Shown here: piece after piece, positions 24,758-38,724 of the stretch
Layout: every line of letters starts with the position of its first letter
Position numbering within the stretch: position 1 is the stretch's first letter
Assembly (NCBI RefSeq): GCF_963921235.1
Contig: NC_086097.1
Span: 164,302,001 to 164,366,000 of the forward strand
Direction of reading: 5' to 3'
Source of the DNA: Mobula hypostoma
Lineage: Eukaryota
Length of the DNA stretch: 64,000 nt
Program-made: the position numbers and the translations under genes
Notes under the pieces: model-generated
Told to the model about the DNA's origin: nothing
The model's database searches: none
What the model saw: the letters and a program-made list of their open reading frames with translations, nothing else

Positions 24758-25849
24758 CGTAACAAGGCGCAAAAATGTGTCCAGTTCTGGCTGGGCCATG
24801 TATAGACTGGCCGTGGACACGATAAGAAGAAGACCATTGCCTGGTTTCCACAGGAACAAGGCCACTCAGGCAAGGCAGCTGCCTGATTCCTGTATCTAAC
24901 TGCCTATGTGACTGCTTAAATCTGCTTTCTGTTTTACACTTTAGTGACAGTAGAATTATTTCTACAACAGGGTCCATCTTGAACAATTTTGTTCATACTT
25001 ACATGAACAAAACAGAAATCATAATCTAAAGTAAAAGTTTGGGATTATTGTTAATTTTAACAAAGGCCTTGTAAAATCTTGAGGCCAAATATGTGGCCAC
25101 ATTTCATTTACTCTGAGTAATTGGCTAAAAAGTAGTTGTCAACATGATTGAAAGTCAGCTGAAACACATCCAATGTAAACATAATTTTATTTTTGAGCTT
25201 CCAAGCACTCTTTGCATCTTTATGAAGACTATCTATGCCCATCTCTGTAGCATCATTAAATACTGTGGTACCTCATGACATCTGCCAAAACCCAGCCCTG
25301 TCTCTGGGCGTGCCTAATATCTTCCACCTTCCATGAACTTGCCACCCAGGCTTGCACCTCATAGTCACATCAAAATACATTGAGTCCCATTCACCCCAGT
25401 TCTCACTTCTCATTCTGGCCTTGAACTTAAAATTCTCCTTTTTGTTTATAAATTCATTCATAACTTCATCCTTCATTATCTTTGGGACCTTTCCTAGCCT
25501 TGTATTCCTTCAGTTCTTCTGCTGTTAAACCTACGGCTGTTCCCATCTCCTAGACTCTGTTGCCTCATTTTCCTCTGTTAACATACTCCTTCGAAATTGC
25601 CTTGCTGCCTAAATATATCCTTACATATCTTACTGCCAAATTTTGTTTGATAACCTGCCTACAAACCATTTTCTGAGCTTTTCATAAGCTGTTGCTGTTG
25701 GTTGATACAAGAAACCTCGATTGCTAAAGCCTGTTTATTTTCTTAACTTCATGTTTGCATTCCTACCTTCTGCTCTCATTGCACCAGAAATTTCCCACCT
25801 TGCATTGATATTTGCTTTGTGTCTATTCATCTAAGAGGAAACAGAGGAA

Positions 25850-26345
25850 CATCAGAATCAGGTTTATTAAATTAAAGTGAAATCTGCTGCTTTGCAGCAA
25901 CAGTACAGGACAAGACATAAGAAGTGCTGTGTTACAGAAAATAAATAAGTAAATGTGCAAAAGAAGAAAAGTGAGGTGGGATCTATGAACCAGTCTTGAA
26001 CTTAAAATTCTCCTTTTTGTTTATAAATTCATTCATAACTTCATCCCTCATTATCTTTGGGACCTTTTCTAGCCTTGTATTCCTTCAATTCTTCTGCTGT
26101 TCTTCTGCTGTCTGCCAATATGATAGCAGACGGGGAGAAACTGTTCCTAAACCACTGAGTGTGTGTATGTAGAGTCCCTTACCTCCTCCTTAATGGTAGT
26201 AACGAGAAGAGGGCACACCCAGACCATGAGGATCCCTTAATGATGAATGCAGCCTTCTTGAGGCACCCTCTGTTGAAAATGTCCTCAGTGGTGAAGAGGG
26301 TTGTGCCTGTGATGGAGCTGGTGCGTCTACAACCCGCTGCAGGAC
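25850..26345 (-). mobile_element. Rex1/Babar-like 3' fragment containing a 107-bp local insertion
   Basis: CLKKAAFIIK..ALFSLLPLRRR; tail atcagaatcagg. Confidence 0.65.
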
Positions 26346-27642
26346 CTAGAGTGAATTGTCTTATGAGATACAATACCTTGATCTCTAGCAAGCAGAATGC
26401 AGCAGACTTACAGTTCACTTTAAATTTGTCTAGAAAGCCAGGTAATTGAATACCAGAAAACAATGCGAGAAGATCTAGTGGCATCTAATCGTTGAGGTTC
26501 ACCCAGCAGTGGAAGGAGATTAAAAGCACAATTGGTGCTGGAAATAAAAGACATAATGTTCCTTTAAAAAGCACAACATGGTGATAATTTGAAGATTCCA
26601 AGCACAACTGAAAATACTGTGACCTTCCAGTATAAAGAAAAGGAGATCTGAAATATTTTTGTGGTAGACCCTCGAGATCTAATAATGGAAGTCTTCAGTA
26701 AGAATGTCCACTTTACTAATCAATTTACTAATCCATTCCTGTGAGTATTATTAAACAGAATAGCTTTCCTCAAAAAAGCAGAAAAGGCTGGTTTGCTGAA
26801 CTGAAATTCTTATTTTGTTCCCAGTTCAGAGAAGAGAAGGGATATGTGCAAAGAAATGTAAAGTTTCAAGTAAAAGTTACTACAAATGTGCATTGCCGGT
26901 TAGTGATACGCAATTGAAGCTTTTTATACCTAAAATGATAATTAACGTATCATCAGTCTCAAAGTTTTGACCATCTCAAGTTGGTGAAAGCTATTTATGG
27001 CTGGTATTGTACACCACCTATTGTTTGTCCCATCAGCAGCATCGTGTTTGGGCATTTCCATTGTTTCTAAGCAATGGATTGAAAATGATCAGAAAATTAC
27101 ATGTTCACGACGGCCAGCATCATATGGGTTTATGTTGAGATAACGGCCATCAATTGAAATCCTCAGTAAAATTGCCAATTTTCACATCATTAAAGTTCAG
27201 TGACTAGCACAGGAATACTAAACCAAGGGTCATTTCTTCCTTCTGAATAATGTCAGGACTCAGTAGCTTAGTGGGAAGAAGTGTCTACTATTCAGGTGCA
27301 CCGCATGAGTTCTCTGCAGGCAGGCGGCACTGTGGCTTTTGTGGAAAATTTGCAGGTCAATTTCACAAGTCTGCAAAATCTCTCAGAAAGGCATCTTAAA
27401 CAGTCAAGAGGTAAGTTCAACTCCAATATTAGGAGTGAAAGAAATGGTAAAGTTGTGTTTATGTTAATAAAGAAAGCTAAGGAAATAATGAGTCATTACC
27501 TCAGTGCTGTTTTTGTTTCTAAAAATTACTTTCTGCATCTGCATGTACAGACTGTATTTAATTATATAGCCTTTTAATATTAACATATGAAGAGCACATA
27601 TTTCTAATATCAGATTGCATTGATATTGCTCTTGGTTAACAG

Positions 27643-27759
27643 GTGAAGTGCTGCAAGTATTGGCCGGATGATACAGAAATCTACAGAGACATCAAAGTAA
27701 CTCTCATTGAAACAGAACTGTTGGCTGAATACGTCATCAGAACATTTGCAGTAGAGAAG
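27643..27759 (+). CDS. PTPRM: PTPRM exon, D1: [39 protein letters not shown]
   Basis: Acceptor ttaacag, donor gtgagg; KCxxYWP motif; absent from the ORF track, translated by hand. Confidence 0.95.
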
Positions 27760-27899
27760 GTGAGGAAAATGCTGGTATGTCAAGCTTGAAACCATTCCAT
27801 TTGTCACATTAATTCATGGGCCAGTGTTGGCCCATGGAGCACTTGAAGCTTCATGTTTGGACCACCAGATTCAAGAACAGCTGCTTCCCTTCAACTATT

Positions 27900-28190
27900 C
27901 AGTTGTTTTCTTTTCAATTAGATTCATTTTATTTACCACATGTAAATAAAAACATACAATCAAATCAGCATGGGCTGTGATGGGTGGCCCGCAAGAGTCT
28001 TCTCGCATTCCCACAGCTCCCTCGCCTGAACTGTACACTTTTGGAACACAGGAGAAAATCAGAGCATCTGGAGGAAACCCACATGGCCACGGAGAACATA
28101 GAAACTCTTTACAGTCAGCACTGAGAACTGAACCCTGATCTTACAGCTGGCACTGTAAAAGTGTTACGCTAACCTCTATGCTACTGTGCC
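27900..28190 (-). mobile_element. HE1-like V-SINE inside a Rex-like 3' fragment
   Basis: gagcatctggaggaaacccacatggccacggagaacatagaaactc (V-domain-like) followed by a tRNA-like head on the - strand. Confidence 0.65.
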
Positions 28191-30078
28191 ATCTGGGTGA
28201 GGTACAGTGGATTGTTAAATCAACCAGCAAAATCTTAATCACTACCGTTTACCAACACTATGGCCACTTCAATCACTTGGCATTAAAATTAACTTTTTTT
28301 GTTCTATTTGTGTCTTGTAGATATTATGTACAATTTCAGTTTAATTTGCCTTTTCCGTGTGAATGCTGCTTTTATAATGCAATGTACCTGTGATACTGGT
28401 ACATTGCACCTGTGCATCCAAGTACTGTGCATATGACACTAAACCCCACTTTGACTTTGACTCCTTTGTTCCTCAGCAGTGAATTAGGAACAATAGACAT
28501 TGATGATAATTCAAAAATCAATAGTTCTGACGACAGTCTTTGGTGCGAAATCTTTCTCTTTCTACAATGCTGCCCCAGCTGCTGAGTATTTCTAGTATTT
28601 TCTGGTTTCATTTCAGATTTGATGTTTCTTCTTTTTTTTCTTTAAATTAAGTTTTTTCTGGTGTAATTGAAATCTGAGGGAGAGTAGCTTAATGCTGTTG
28701 ATTGGTAGAGAGAAGCTTAAATCTTTAATATAATTTAAAATAGTTACAGCTTCTTTATTTCCAAGTTAGGGCTTCCAAGGAGAAAACATATGATTTGTCA
28801 CTGTTTAATAAAGTCACATTGAAGGAGGGTTACGATGCATGTGATATGACTAACTGTTTCATTCCAACTCTCTTAGTGTGATTTTTGACACCATCGCTTT
28901 CTGCTATCCCTGTGAATACTAGGTGATGTCCATAAATCTCCATAGGTAACAAGAAATATTTACAGTGGTTTCATTACTAATTCCTGGGATGTAGGTGCCA
29001 CGAGCCATGCTAGTACTAGTTACATATTCCCTATGGTCCTTGAGAAGGTGGTAGCTCACTGCTTTCATGAACCACTGTAACCATTCCGGTGAAGGGATCT
29101 CTAATGATATTGCAGTTGCAAGATCTACACCAACTGACGATGAAGAAATGGTGATATATTTTCAAGTGAGTGTTCATGAGATTTGTAGTTGGATTTCCCA
29201 TATGCCTGCTGTCCTTGTCCATCTTAGTGGTAGATGTTTGGGAGATACTGTCAGAATAACCTGCGTGTGGAACTGCAAAGGGTTCTGTATGGTATACACT
29301 GCAGGTGCTTTGCACTGGTAACATATATTTGGGGTGATATATATTTTGAGTAAATCTTTGGGGTGATAGATGGAATACCAGATGAGATAGAGTCCTTTAT
29401 TGACTGAGGTAAGGAGAACAAGTTCAAAGAATATATATTGGGATTGCATAAAATGTGTTAGACCATTAACTACTGCGTGCTGTTCTGATCACTGCTCTAC
29501 AAGAGAGATGTGAAAGTTCCAGAGAGACTGCAGAGGAGATTTATGAGAATGTTTCTTTATGAGAAGTTTAATTCTGACAAAAGGTCATCAGTACTCTGGT
29601 TGTTATTGTTTTAACAGGAAAGTGATCCAGATAGGGTGAATAGGGATGGCATGTTTCGCCTGACAGAAAGGTTAACAACTATGGAATATCAATCCAAGAC
29701 AATAAGATGAAGGATTAAAAAGCAAAAAAAATGTGGTTTTCACCTAAAGCGTATTGGAGGTCTGGTGCTTCCTGCTTAAAAGGACATTGGAGGCAGAAAT
29801 CCTCATCACGTATAAGAAACTTACAAGGCTGTGGATCGAGAAGTGTGACAAGGGGTTAACTTCAGCACTTCATTGGGTCCGAATGGGCATTGAGGGAAAA
29901 TCAGCACCAGGCTGTACCATAAGTTTCTGTAACTCAATGTCTGACCATTTTCAAAAGAAGGGCAATTTGGATTATATGTTGTTGGCAACTTACTTTTATC
30001 TTCCAAATTTAAGTTGCAGCTTACTGTATCTGTAACTTTACAGTTCTTAAGGAGATATTCCCTCCTGTTTTTTAATAG

Positions 30079-30233
30079 AGGGGTGCCCATGAGATACGAG
30101 AGATCAGGCAGCTCCATTTCACTGGTTGGCCAGACCATGGTGTTCCATACCATGCTACAGGGCTTCTGGGCTTTGTTCGACGTGTCAAGACAAAGAATCC
30201 AGCAGGTGCTGGACCTATTGTGGTGCATTGCAG
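30079..30233 (+). CDS. PTPRM: PTPRM exon, D1 WPD loop: [52 protein letters not shown]
   Basis: Acceptor tttaatag, donor gtaggt; WPDHGVP and VVHC motifs. Confidence 0.95.
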
Positions 30234-30889
30234 GTAGGTGCAATCTTATTAGTACACAAGGACGAGTCAACCCATTCAATTCCATCATTCAGTACAATCT
30301 CCAGGCTTCGTTCCATATCCCTTAACTACCTCATCTACCTCATCTACCAAAACCCAGCAATCCCAGTTTTGAGATTTTTGATGATATGGATGCAGTAATG
30401 TGATTCCTTTCATCTCAGTCTGTCCTAAGTATTTCCAGTTGATGGCTCAGTATATCTCTGGTACATTGTGCTCCAATTAGTAATTATCAGAATGAGAAAG
30501 ACTTTATTTGTGTTGCTACTCATCCAAAAGATCTTCCACTCTGTAAACTTAAGAATTTGTTTCAATTTCTTTGCATTTTTGAAGGTTTTGCCTTGACCAA
30601 TATGAAAGTGAAGGTAAAGATATAGACCCCAAAGGCTTGAATCTCATCTCACATAATGGCAAAAAATATTTAAAATCAACATTCTAGGTCCTTTCAGGTG
30701 GATTTAATATGGACTGGAGTACTTTTCAAAAAAGACTGAGGGAACTCTCCCAGTGATCTGACTGCTGTGTACCAGAGACTTGAACATAAAAACCTGGACT
30801 GAAAGTCCATCTTTTGAGGGGCTGGTGCTCCATACGAGGTGTTACTCCGTGGATGAGACATTCATACAAGACTGCAAACATACACTTTC

Positions 30890-32390
30890 ATAGAATATAC
30901 AATAGAACAGCACAGTCCAAGCCTTTGGCCCAACTTGTTGTGCCGACATTTCAACCTGCTCCAAGATCAATCTAACCCTTCCCTCCCACATTGTCCTCAT
31001 GTTTCATCCATGTGCTAACCTAAGATTCTGTTAAATGTCCCTGATGTGTCTGCCTCTGCCACTGCCACTGCCGCAGCAGGGCATTCCAGGCACCTACCTC
31101 CCTCAGTGTAAAAACATACCTTCGACATCCCTGCTATACTTTCCTCCAAAAACCTTGAAATTATGCCCTCTCCTATAATCCATTGCTGCCCTGGGAAATA
31201 GGTGTTGGTCATGCACTCTATCTATCCCTCTTATCATCTTATACAACTCTATCGAGTCACCTCTCATCTTCCTTCACTTCAAAGCGAAAAGCCCTACCTC
31301 ACTCAATCCAGGCATCATCCTAGTAAATCTCCACTGCATCCTCTGTAAAGCTTCCACAAGCTTCCCTTAATGAGGAGACCAGAAATGAAAACAATACTCT
31401 AAATATGGTATAACCCAAGGGTTCCCAATCTTTTTTATGCCGTGGAGCCATGCCATAGAGTCTTACCATTAACCAAGGAGTGCATGAACTCCAGATAGGG
31501 AACACCTGATTTAACCAGAGGTTTATAGAGCTGCAACATTACTTTGCGGTTCTTGAACCCAATCCCCCAACTAATGAAGGCGATTAATTTACACAGCAAC
31601 TTTGAGGGATCAATGGACAGGGATCTCAAGATCCCTCATTCTTAGGAGAGGCTTCACTTCTGAGGTCATCTGCCACCTCTCTGTCTAGCTGTGTATCCTA
31701 TCAATGTCCTGTTGCACCCTACAACAGCCTTCTTCACTATCCACACACCACCAACTTTTGTGCCAGCTGCAAACTTACCAACCCAGCCTTCCACTGCCTC
31801 ATCCAAGTTATTTATAAAAATCACTAAGAACAGCAGTCCCAGAACAGATCCTGTGGAACACCACAAGTCACCAAGCTCCAGGCAAAAAAAAAATGGTCCC
31901 TATACTACTACAATCCAACCTTCTTTGGGCAAACCTATTCTGAATCCATGCAGCCATGTTTCCCTGGATCCAATCCCTCCTAACATTCTGACTTAGCCAA
32001 CGATAGGGAACCTTGTCAAGTTACTAAAATTCATGTACACCACATTCACTGCTCAACCATTCACTGTTTTGTCACTTTTTCAAATAATTCACTCAGACTC
32101 ATGTGCCATGGCCTGCCTCTTAAAAAGCTATGCTAACTGTTCCTAATCAGTCTATGCTTCTGCAAATTCTCATAAATCCTGTCTTTAAGAATCCCTTCAA
32201 TAGTTTGCCCACCACCTATGTACGACTCCATGGTCTGTAATTCCTAGGATTCTCCTCTTATTCCCTTTGTTTTGAACTAGGGAATGACATTTGACACCCT
32301 CCAATCATCTGGTTCTACTCCTCCAGCCAGTGAGGATGCAAAGATCATTTCCAAAGATGCAGCAATCTCTTCCCTCATTTCTTATCTTTC
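30890..32390 (-). mobile_element. Degraded CR1 LINE
   Basis: GSVLGLLFLVIFINNLD..KFAAGTKVGG; CR1 3' UTR and tail at about 30890. Confidence 0.8.
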
Positions 32391-33243
32391 TCTCTTTCCT
32401 ATTTTATCTCTTACTTTAAGACCTTTATAGACTTTTGGATGTTAGACAGTAATATATGGTTAGAGCAGATAAGTGGTGCTCACAGTCAATGATTCAGGAA
32501 CAGCATCCTCCCGTACACCATCAGATTTCTGAAAGGTCCATCAACACCACCTCATCATTCCTTTTGTTTATTTTCGTCATTTATCGTAACTGCCTGAATT
32601 TACACTGCACTACTGCTGGAAAACAACATAAGTCAGTGATAATAAATCTGATTCTGATTCTGAAGTTATAGATCTTTTATGAATTAAAGCAGACACTCTG
32701 TTTATTCATCTTTCCTCTTTCCCGTTCCACCTTACTCTCCTGTTGATCTTTCTCTCTTTCGTCAATTGACCCTTGGTCTCATGTAACTGGCATCTCGCCA
32801 TGTCTGATCTTATGCTTTATTACTATTTGTTGGACTTGTTTATGTGTGAGTTGCCAGTTGAGTCAACATTATTGCAATCCCACATCAGAAAAACTGACTT
32901 GGTTATAAAACATATTGGGAAAATTTGAGGTCATGTAAGGTAAATATAAGTGCGCAACTTTATGTAATTGATTTCAGATGGCCACAGAGACTTAAATTTA
33001 CAAAGAAACATCATAGATGAGAGGAGGGTTAGCAATAAAGAATTGTGCCTATCCAACAATATCTAAATTAATGCAGAATATTCACAGACCCAGAGTGGCT
33101 GAGTTTGACATAGATGATATTCCATTCATGGGTAGTGCAGTATCTATGTGATGTAAAATTGATAATTCTATTACATTCAACATGTGAGTGTTACTGACAG
33201 GTTACGGCAGTTGGTTCAGTGATATTAATTCTCTGTATTTCAG

Positions 33244-33379
33244 TGCTGGAGCAGGAAGGACGGGGTGCTTCATGGTCATTGACATCATGTTGGACATGGC
33301 AGAGAGGGAAGGAGTTGTCGATATCTACAACTGTGTCAGAGAGCTGCGATCACGCAGGGTCAACATGGTCCAGACAGAG
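33244..33379 (+). CDS. PTPRM: PTPRM exon, D1 P-loop: [45 protein letters not shown]
   Basis: Acceptor atttcag, donor gtatgg; completes [10 protein letters not shown]. Confidence 0.95.
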
Positions 33380-35394
33380 GTATGGATTCCAAATGATCTA
33401 CTAAAGACTGGTCACTCTCAATCCTAACATTCCTTAACCAAATATCCTCCTAAAAAAAATCTTAAGCAAATTCCTTAACCAAATCTCCTAAAACTCAAGT
33501 GCAAAGAGGACAGGGTGTCTACCGGCTTCACATGACATCAGCCAATCAAATGCTGCACTGCAGAGAGGTTAGGACAGAAAGAGAACAGATTGGTGGACCA
33601 CACAAAGCCATACAGCTGAGTAACACTGTCCTCTGAGGGGTGTCAATGCTGATACCAAGAACACATCTCCCATTTTCTCACACAGTCCTGGGTCTTAGCC
33701 TGGAAAAGGATTCTGGGTGGAAATTAGGTGGTTTCATTGCTTTAGGAGCTCAGAAAGTATGGGTCCATATATTCCACAGGAAGTATTTGCAGGGATTATT
33801 CTATACCTTTGTGAAGGGTTGCCACCTTTATTGGGTAGGCTGGAACGGTGAAGACCAGATCACCTAGAATCATGCTTTACAAGGCAAAAAGCCACAAGAG
33901 CAAGAGACTGATGTAGGTAGTGAATGAAAACATGGGATTGAGGGGAAAGGACATCTTATTTATGAGGAATGTTTAAGTGCTGCATTTAGTGGGCAATATC
34001 AGGGGATGAGTGGAATATCTTCTCGCCAAGATGGTGCTAAGCTGCCACGTACATCGATGTCATGGCTCAGACTTTGTTATTTTGGTTGGGTTTGTAGGGA
34101 TGGTTTTAGGGACAGAGAGGGGAGTTAGGGGTCAGGTTAGGCTTTAGAAACAGGGAAGAGGGAGGGCTAGAGGTTTGGGGTAGTAAATGAATAGTCTGGG
34201 CACCAGTTTGAGTCCACGTTGAAGCACTCCACAGTCAAACATCAGAGATCCCAGAAGTCGTATCGCATTGCGGGCTTCAGGAGACCAGCAATCCCCAGGT
34301 CAGAGACAGAAATCCATACAGGTGCTGAGTCTCGGGTATGGACGGGAGTCATGAGGACTAGGTAACTAGGGTCAAAGGTCCATGTGAGTCTGGAAGTGGA
34401 GGCCTGGAGGTCAAACCCAGCGAAGTTCAGAGGGCAAAGCTGAAGGTTGATGCCTAAGGTTCAAAGACCAAAGGTCAGGGCCTGAAGAATTCATAAGGGT
34501 CCAAAGGAGTCTTGAAGGCACAGGTCACTGGGGTGGGAGGTCCGTGCAAGCCTGGAGTTTAAGGCCCAAAGGTCAAATCCATCAAATGGCACCTTGGGCT
34601 GAAGTCTAAAGTATGGAGGCCTGATGTCTGTGAGCCTGAGAATCCGCGTTTCATGACTAGAGGCCCGGAGGTGGCCTGTCCTGCAGTTGGAAGCCTAGCT
34701 GGATGTGTGAGTGGGTGGATGACTGGGTGGTGGGAAGAATGGGAAGGGGCTTGTTTTGCTGCTGTTCAAAGAAAATTCATTATCAAAGTACATACAGTAT
34801 ATGTCACCATATACAACCCTGATATATATTTTCTTGTGGGCACTCACAGTAAACACAAAAAACACAACAGAATCAATGAAAGATTGCACCCAGCAAGATG
34901 GACAAACATCCAAACTGCAAAAGACAACAAGCTGTGCAAAATCAAAAGGAAATATAATTACTATTATAATAAACAAAATGAAATAAATATCGAGAACATG
35001 AGATGGAGGGTCCTTGAAATTGAATCCACAGGTTGTGGGAACATTTGGCACCAGAATGTGCAGCAATATTTGTGAGCTGTCCCCAGTATTTCCCTGGGTG
35101 CGCTGATTGTTGAAGCAAACGACACAATTCCCTGTAGGCTTCAGGATAAATAAATCTGAATCTGCCTCTGAAGTACATGGAGATCTGTGTTGTGAGGAAG
35201 AAGTTTGAAGACTATGGTCAGGCATCACCAATGATAATAAAAGATGGGTATTTTAAGGGATATGTGGATAAGATGTAAAATGTTGCTAATTGGCCAAGAC
35301 CCGCACTAGAAGGAACCCAACCCACATATTCAACCCTGTTCAGACTGCTTTCCAAGGCTCGGGTTACAGAACAACCCATTTATGATACTCAAGC

Positions 35395-35878
35395 TGTTAA
35401 GTCGAGTTTATTGTCGTGTGCATGGATATGGTATGGTACGGCTACAGTGAATAAGCCTGGTTACAGTAGCATCATAGGCAACACACAGAATATGAATTAT
35501 GTGTAAACTATTCAAAACAGTGCAGAGAGAGAGAGAAAAGTGTGCAACAAAAGACCTGGAGACAATCAGAGACAAATCCATGTCAGTGTAAGAGGTGGTC
35601 TATAGTGTTCCATTGCTGAGGTAGGATTAGGATTGTGCGGGTCAATTCAAGACATGATAGTTGTAGGAAAGTAGCTGTTGCTGAACCTGGTGGTGTGCAT
35701 CTTCAGGTTTCTGTACCTTCAGCCCAATGATAGTAACAAGGAGAGAGCAATACTCCAGTGGAGGGGTTCCTTGATTACAGATGCCACCTTTTTGATGCAT
35801 CAAGTCCAATAGATGCTGTTAGTGTTGAGGAGACCTGTGCTGGAGATGGACCAGGCTGTGTCTATTACTCTCTGCAGA
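35395..35878 (-). mobile_element. Rex1/Babar-like 3' fragment
   Basis: LQRVIDTAWSISST..; layout parallel to 53670-54150. Confidence 0.6.
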
Positions 35879-36008
35879 GTCGAAGGGTCTCGGCCTGAAA
35901 CGTCGACTGCACCTCTTCCTAGAGATGCTGCCTGGCCTGCTGCGTTCACCAGCAACTTTGATGTGTGTTGCTTGAATTTCCAGCATCTGCAGAATTCCTG
36001 TTGTTTGC
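35879..36008 (+). repeat. Young PLE terminal repeat, 5'-truncated inside the hammerhead core
   Basis: cgaagggtctcggcctgaaacgtcgactg...cagcatctgcagaattcctgttgtttgc; CpGs retained. Confidence 0.8.
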
Positions 36009-36011
36009 AAT

Positions 36012-36886
36012 TTTGATCGTGCTCACTTTCATTCCTCACTGCAACTCACTTGCATCTCGGACTGCTGTTTCTATTGATGCAGTGATTTCAACTGTTCTTT
36101 TAAATACAAGTTGTGCTTCAGTTAGGAGTCATTTTGAGTGCTTGTTTGTAAGATTCCACAAACTATCTGATCTCTCAGTGCATCGTTAAGCCCATGTGTG
36201 AATTGACAATGCTCAGACAACTTCTTCAATTCACTCATGTATGTTGAAGTGGACTTCCCTTCCTTTTGAATCCACTTATGAAACCTAAAGCATTCTGCAA
36301 TCAACAATGATTTTGGTTCTACATGTTCCTGCGTTACTTATACAATATCAGCAAGGTTCAGTTTAGCTGGTTTCGTTGGCGCAGTCAAACTTCTAAGCAA
36401 ACTGTCTGCCTTTCTGCCCAGTGCATTTAGCAAAACCGGCGCTCACTTTTCATTGAATATTTCATTTGCTTCGAAGTACTGCTCAATTTGCTCACTATAC
36501 ATCAGCCGGTTACCGTCTATGCAATCAAACATGTCTATCTTTCCAATGTAGCCAGCTATTTCTGCATTTTTAATTTATTGTTGCAATCACCTGGTTTTAA
36601 ACTTGAACATCTCACTGCACTTCGACGGATAGGTTGTTGTCTTGGGTTCGTTTAAAACTGCTTGTCACCCCTATTTTGTTTTGTAACTTAAAAACATAAA
36701 ACTAATTGAAAGAAAAGCATGGAGTTGAAAATAACATGTCTACTTCATTCTTTTATTTTAGCGAGGTGCACACATGACATGGTGGTGTCATGACATATGC
36801 CATTCAAATCAGCAAATAAAAATGCTTAATCAAACAATATATTTACAATATTACTCAACTATTACAGAAATATTACATACACAACA
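36012..36886 (-). mobile_element. Gypsy-type LTR retrotransposon 5' fragment (LTR about 36672-36886, PBS-like, gag)
   Basis: gag LIAECFRFHK..ELKKLSEHCQF..LNDALRDQIVCGI; AGYIGKID N-terminus; LTR begins TGT on the - strand. Confidence 0.75.
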
Positions 36887-37095
36887 CACACACTGAAACA
36901 TTGCCAGTAAGCACTGTCTGACACAGAGTAATTTTGAGTGCGTGGTGTGATATGAATTACATCTCACTCAGCAAGAAATCATTAAGCCTCATGCTCAAAA
37001 GTGCCTCTGTGAAAACCTTTCTCAATCTTTAATTCCTGTGCATTTATTGATTCCACTTTGATTGAAAATCACTACTCTCTCCTCTGTCTCAACAG

Positions 37096-37245
37096 GAACA
37101 GTATGTGTTCATCCATGACGCCATACTAGAAGCCTGTCTGTGTGGAGATACAGCAATTCCCGCCTCTCAGCTCAGGTCTGCCTATTATGAGATGAATAAG
37201 CTGGAGCCACAAACTAATTCTTCGCAGATAAAGGAGGAGTATAGG
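37096..37245 (+). CDS. PTPRM: PTPRM exon, end of D1 and linker: [50 protein letters not shown]
   Basis: Acceptor tcaacag, donor gtatgc; Q-loop QTEEQY. Confidence 0.95.
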
Positions 37246-38724
37246 GTATGCAAAGAAATTTTCCAACACTTCTCATGGTACAAAGGGGCTTTTTATAAAA
37301 TGGAATGTGTGCATGTCCAGAACTGATCAAAACGTTCCTTCGAAAATATTTTAATACCTGAAATCTGCTGGGATAGGATGGGTGAATTTTCATTCAGAAG
37401 GAGAAGAGTGATACTCCTCATAGAGTCATTGAGCACCACAGCACAGAAACAGACCAGTTAGCCCATTTAGTTCATGTTGACTTGCTCTTCTGCCTTGTTC
37501 TATCTACCTGCACCCAGACCATATCCCTCCAAACCCCAGCCATCCACATACCTTTCCAGACATCTCTTACACGTTACATTTAAGAACCTGTATCTACCAC
37601 TTTCACAGGCAGCTTATTCTACGCTTGCAACACCTTCTAAGTGCAGAGGATCCCCCTCAGATTCTCCTTAAATATTTTTCGGTCGCTATTTACTCGCAGA
37701 TGAAGGTTACCACCAGGAAACATTTAGACTTTTTTTGCTTCAGTTTGATTCAGGTCAGAAGCCCATTAGTACCTGGCTATTTATTGTGATCTTATAGTTC
37801 TGAATAGCTCACACACTCAGAATCAAATTAGGTCTATCTCACCGCCAGTGAATATCAATCCCCTTTTTGTCACCACTGGACAGAGGAAGCAGGATGATTG
37901 TCTGCGCGAAGCATTGACAATTTTTTAAAAAAACTGCAGATGCTGGGAATCTAAAATAAAAACAGAAGATAGGGAGAGAAACAGGGTCAATGCCTCAGGC
38001 TGATAATTCTTCCTTAGAATTGAGATCTGACAAAAGGTCTTTGACCTGAAACACTAACAATCAATTACAAGTTATTCTGAGGTTCTGGACATTCTTCTTT
38101 AGGAAAGGATTGATCACCCCTCCTATTTGTCCCATGAAAAGGTGGTGTTGAGTCACTATCTACAGCTGACTGACTTATTAAGTTCTTGAGACTTGACCAG
38201 GTGAAATAGGTCATGGATGGGTAAGGAAAGTAAATTTCCTCCCCATAGAACATTCATGAACCACATGGGTTTTTCATTACAATCCAGTAGTTCTTGTGCT
38301 CATCATTTCTAAAATGGTCTTTGTATACCACCTTATTAACTCTAGTTAAATAACACAACTGTAATGGGACTTGAACTCCGATTGCTGGTCATCCCAGATG
38401 AAAGGTCTCAACCTAATACACCAACTGTCCATTTTCTCCCATAGATGCTGCCTGGCCTGCAGAGTTCATCCAGTTTTTTGTTTGTTGCTCCAGATTCCAA
38501 CATCTGCAGACTCTAGTGTTTTCTGTGTTTGTGTTGTGTTGTGTTCTCTCTTGTGTTTTCTGTCTCTGGGATGTTAGTCCAGGTAAATGAACTGCTTCAA
38601 AATCACCATGCCCCTGTTAACTTTGTTAAAGTAGATCAGCCACAGGAGGGAAGTTGAAACCAGCTTGATGGATCAATCATTTTGGTCCACAGTTGATGAA
38701 AATGTCCATGCAGGGAATTTTAAA

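Noticed and set aside
29821..30398. Overlapping ORFs around the WPD exon (also 50892-51272, 53383-53598)
   Set aside because: Alternative-frame or antisense shadows of PTPRM exons.
34020..34760. G-rich tract with loose gaggtc/aaggtc units as a separate coding or regulatory unit
   Set aside because: No consistent period or ORF. It looks like decayed retroelement UTR sequence, but I could not assign it.
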